The notes beneath the pieces are model-generated. The model saw nothing but the letters and a program-made list of their open reading frames with translations. It ran no database searches and was not told the DNA's origin. Below, piece after piece: positions 56,850 to 64,000 of a stretch of DNA of 64,000 bases. Source of the DNA: Longimicrobiales bacterium (lineage in GTDB: Bacteria > Gemmatimonadota > Gemmatimonadetes > Longimicrobiales > Gaopeijiaceae); the NCBI GenBank assembly GCA_028278645.1, contig JANQDZ010000034.1, positions 198,261-262,260 on the forward strand, read 5' to 3'. The stretch's first letter is position 1. Each line of letters begins with the position of its first letter. The position numbers and the translations under genes are program-made.

Positions 56850-57968
56850 ATGGTCCGGCGCCAAAGCTTCTTCCTGAGTAACTGCCTTCTTTTCTTCTTC
56901 CTCCTCTTTCCGGCCCTGGCTACGGGCCAGAATGAGATCGAGCCCGTCTTCCCCGGGGAGGAGTGGGAGTATGTCAATCGACTTCAGTTGGAGCGGTACG
57001 GCTGGTCCAGGGCCGGACTGCAAGCCGCGTCGGAGTTCGTCCGGGACAGCGCTAATTCCACCGGGATCGTGGTCGTGGACCGTGGAAGAGTGGTCTTCAC
57101 GTATGGAGATATCGAAGAGCTTTCCTACATCGCGTCTTGCCGAAAAAGCGTTCTCGCAATGCTCTATGGTGACTGGGTCGAGCGGGGCATCATCGATCTC
57201 GAGCTGACTATGCAGGACATCGGATTCGACGATATCGGCGGGCTCTTGGACATCGAAAGACAGGCCACGGTCCACCATCTGATCACCGCACGGTCAGGCG
57301 TCTATCACCCTGCCTCGAATGGCGGGGACAACCTTGCCCAAGCACCGGAGCGAGGATCCCAAGAACCCGGCACCTACATGCTCTACAGCAACTGGGATTT
57401 TAACGCTGCCGGGGCCGCCTTCGAATATTTCACGGGCCGGAACATCTACGACGAGTTGCAGGCTCAGCTGGCCCTACCTCTCCAGTTTCAGGACTGGAAC
57501 CGGACCGTACACAGGAAAAGCGGCAATCTCTCGATCTCCGTGAATCCGGCCTATCACATGCACTTCTCCACCCGGGACATGGCCCGCCTAGGGTACTTGA
57601 TGCTGAACGAAGGAAACTGGAACGGGGAGCAGATCATATCCCGTGAATGGGCCAACCGGATCGTCAGCGTCGTGACTCCCCTGGAGGAGATGAACCCTAC
57701 CAGCCGGCGGGACGGATACTTCGGATACGGGTATATGTGGTGGATTTGGGATGGGCCGAGGGCGGTAGGACCCTTCGAAGGTGCCTATACGGCTCGGGGT
57801 GCAATGGGCCAGTGGATCACCGTTTTCCCCAAGCTGGACCTGGTCGTCGCCCACAAGACCAACAGTGTCTACGGCCGTACAACCAGCTGGGCATCGTACG
57901 AGCGTTTCATGGAACTCCTACTGGAGGCGAAAGGAGTCCAGATGGCGGGTCCCTATCCGTGGAGGTAA
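56850..57968 (+). CDS. Beta-lactamase-family serine hydrolase, secreted
   Basis: Signal peptide with hydrophobic core LLFFFLLF. The SxxK motif is SCRKS. Other family patterns are YSN(W) and HKTN(S). Confidence 0.7.
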   Translation: MVRRQSFFLSNCLLFFFLLFPALATGQNEIEPVFPGEEWEYVNRLQLERYGWSRAGLQAASEFVRDSANSTGIVVVDRGRVVFTYGDIEELSYIASCRKSVLAMLYGDWVERGIIDLELTMQDIGFDDIGGLLDIERQATVHHLITARSGVYHPASNGGDNLAQAPERGSQEPGTYMLYSNWDFNAAGAAFEYFTGRNIYDELQAQLALPLQFQDWNRTVHRKSGNLSISVNPAYHMHFSTRDMARLGYLMLNEGNWNGEQIISREWANRIVSVVTPLEEMNPTSRRDGYFGYGYMWWIWDGPRAVGPFEGAYTARGAMGQWITVFPKLDLVVAHKTNSVYGRTTSWASYERFMELLLEAKGVQMAGPYPWR

Positions 57969-58050
57969 CGAGGGTCAGCCATCCACGTCTCGATGCGACC
58001 TGACCTCAATGCCGGAACCGGGGGGACGGCCAGGGTCCCGTTCTACGGTG

Positions 58051-58087
58051 AAAAAAGAGCCCGGGCGATCTTCAGATCGCCCGGGCT
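58051..58087 (-). terminator. Strong intrinsic terminator (14-bp palindromic arms) after the thioredoxin-fold gene
   Basis: agcccgggcgatcttcagatcgcccgggct forms a 14-bp stem. On the minus strand it is followed by cttttttc. Confidence 0.75.
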
Positions 58088-58125
58088 TCTCGCGTGGACT
58101 GAACTCAGTCCTAGTATTTGACGCC

Positions 58126-62132
<4,007 letters not shown>

Positions 62133-62160
62133 AGGACATCCTGGAACCTGAAAGGCTTCC

Positions 62161-64000
62161 ATGACCAGAAAACCAGCTCTTTGGATCGCCTTGACCCTTC
62201 TGGGCCTGGCAGGATCGATCCTGGCCTTCAGGCTCTTTCCCGTCGCCTTCCCCATCCTCTCCGTGGATATCCAAATGGATCGCGAAGGGGCCTTGGCCGA
62301 GGCCGGCGCCCTGGCGGACCGCCACCAATGGGACCCTGAGGAGTTTCGGCAGGCTGCAACCTTTGCCCATCTGGACCCTGCCTTCCAGACCTACATGGAG
62401 TTGGAGGGAGGAGGGTTGGAAGAGCTGAACTCGCTGGTGCGAGAGGGCGTTCTCACCCTCTATGCCTGGCGCGTCAGGCACTTCGCAGAGGAGACCGTGG
62501 AGGAGGCCGAAGTGCGCTTCACCCCGGAGGGGAGACTCTATGGCTTCCGACTTCTCCTCTCCGAAGACACCCCGGGGCCCACCCTGGAAACGGACGAAGC
62601 ACTGACCCTGGCCGTGGAACGGGCCACCCTCGACTGGGGCATGCAGCCAGACCTGTACGAGCTCCTGGAATCGTCTCAAGAGGAGCTCCCCAGCGGCCGC
62701 CTGGACCACACGTTTGTCTTCGAACGCACCGATATCACCCTCGGAGAGGCGAAAGCCAGGCTACGTCTCGAGGTGGCAGGAGACCGTCTCGTTGAGGCCA
62801 CTCGGTTCGTCCATGTCCCCGACGCATTTCTGAGACGTTACCAGGAAACCAGGAACGCCAACGAGAGTGTGTCCCTGGCGGGGACCATCATCTTCGTCCT
62901 CCTGTTCCTCGTGATCGGGGGGGGTGTGGGAACCGTACACCTCCTCCGCAACCGGTGGATCCAATGGAAAGCCCCGCTCTTTTGGGGCGGGGTTGTTGCG
63001 GGCCTGATGGCCATGGACCAGGTGAATAACCTACCCCTCTCCTGGATGGGGTACAACACGGCTCTTCCGGAACAGATCCACATTGCCACCCTCGCCCTCA
63101 TGGCCGTGGTCACGTTCCTCGGCGGAACAATCTTCCTGGCGTTGATCTTCATGGCCGGAGAGGGTTTGATGCGCCGGGGATTCCCCGAAGAGGTGCAGCA
63201 GTGGAAGCTGTGGGCCCCAGGTGTCGCCAACTCCACTCCTGTCCTGGGTAAGACCCTGGCCCCCTACTTCGTGGTGGGAATCGAGCTTGGCTTCGTGGTG
63301 GTCTTCTACCTTTTCACCAGCCAGGTCCTGGGGTGGTGGAGTCCGGCCAGCGCCCTTGCTGCCCCGGATCTCCTCGCTACTCGATTCCCCTGGATCACGG
63401 CGGTGGGCACGTCCCTATTCGCGGCCCTCTCCGAAGAAACCCTCTTCCGTGCGATTCCTATCGGTGCAGCGGCCATTCTCGGGCGCCGCCACGGAAGACC
63501 CTGGGTGTGGATCTGGACAGCAGTAATCCTCCAGGCATTGGTGTTCGGAGCGAGCCACGCCAACTACCCCCAGCAACCGGCTTACGCGCGGGTGGTGGAG
63601 ATCTTCCCCACTTACGTGGCTTGGGGCATCGCCTGCGTCTTTTTCGGATTGGTCCCGGCCATCATCGCCCATTACATCTATGACCTGGTCTTCTTCTCTC
63701 TCCCCCTTTTCGCCGCCGAGACTGGAGGGTTATGGATCGATCGTTCCATCGTTCTTCTCGCTGGGGCCCTGCCCGTCCTGATCGTGCTTTGGTCCCGGTG
63801 GCGGAACGGCGGCGTTTCCAAAGCCCCCGAATGGGCGTTGAACCGAAGCTGGCAACCCAAACCCAAGCCTGAGGCGGAACCCCCTCCCAGTGACACCCCC
63901 GTGGGAGCCCCACCGGCCTCGGGGGAGCCTGATGACGGTTCCACCCCAGGAGGTCCTTCTCACGCGATCTCAGCTCCGGAGGCCGGAAAACCGGCTCGAA
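62161..64000 (+). CDS. CPBP-family intramembrane protease with a large N-terminal extracytoplasmic domain, 3'-truncated at the window end
   Basis: Not in the ORF track because no stop falls inside the window. I translated it by hand and the frame is open from 62161 to 64000. Motifs are SEETLFRAIP (EExxFR), FGASHANY (FxxxH) and AHYIYDL (HxxxD). Confidence 0.65.
   Translation, partial: MTRKPALWIALTLLGLAGSILAFRLFPVAFPILSVDIQMDREGALAEAGALADRHQWDPEEFRQAATFAHLDPAFQTYMELEGGGLEELNSLVREGVLTLYAWRVRHFAEETVEEAEVRFTPEGRLYGFRLLLSEDTPGPTLETDEALTLAVERATLDWGMQPDLYELLESSQEELPSGRLDHTFVFERTDITLGEAKARLRLEVAGDRLVEATRFVHVPDAFLRRYQETRNANESVSLAGTIIFVLLFLVIGGGVGTVHLLRNRWIQWKAPLFWGGVVAGLMAMDQVNNLPLSWMGYNTALPEQIHIATLALMAVVTFLGGTIFLALIFMAGEGLMRRGFPEEVQQWKLWAPGVANSTPVLGKTLAPYFVVGIELGFVVVFYLFTSQVLGWWSPASALAAPDLLATRFPWITAVGTSLFAALSEETLFRAIPIGAAAILGRRHGRPWVWIWTAVILQALVFGASHANYPQQPAYARVVEIFPTYVAWGIACVFFGLVPAIIAHYIYDLVFFSLPLFAAETGGLWIDRSIVLLAGALPVLIVLWSRWRNGGVSKAPEWALNRSWQPKPKPEAEPPPSDTPVGAPPASGEPDDGSTPGGPSHAISAPEAGKPAR

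Overview
This is a high-GC (~65%), densely coding 64 kb chromosomal segment from a bacterium. No rRNA, tRNA, CRISPR array or obvious mobile element was found. AAGGAG/GGAGG-type ribosome-binding sites and frequent ATGA/TGA-ATG start-stop overlaps fit a non-Bacteroidetes lineage, but I cannot place it further from sequence alone. The content mixes housekeeping genes (ettA, FKBP-type isomerase, flotillin with an NfeD-like partner, an OmpR/histidine-kinase pair) with many secreted or surface hydrolases, a predicted hydroxy-acid/amino-acid catabolic operon, and a group of detoxification-type genes.

The most notable items are:
- **Reductive-dehalogenase cluster (50.5-55.4 kb):** rdhB2-rdhA2-rdhA1-rdhB1-rdhC, with two TAT-signal, double [4Fe-4S] RdhA paralogs.
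- **MerB-like gene:** its conserved reading frame runs through an in-frame TGA that is followed directly by a nested hairpin resembling a bacterial SECIS element.
- **Surface lipoprotein (1388 aa):** seven tandem FN3 repeats fused to a C-terminal metzincin-like zinc protease domain.
- **19-bp tandem repeat:** six copies between two minus-strand genes.
- **AT-rich island:** a 7-1-7 palindrome in front of a standalone small Cys-rich gene, next to an anSME/sulfatase pair.

All functional calls rest on motifs I read directly in the translations. No database search was run.
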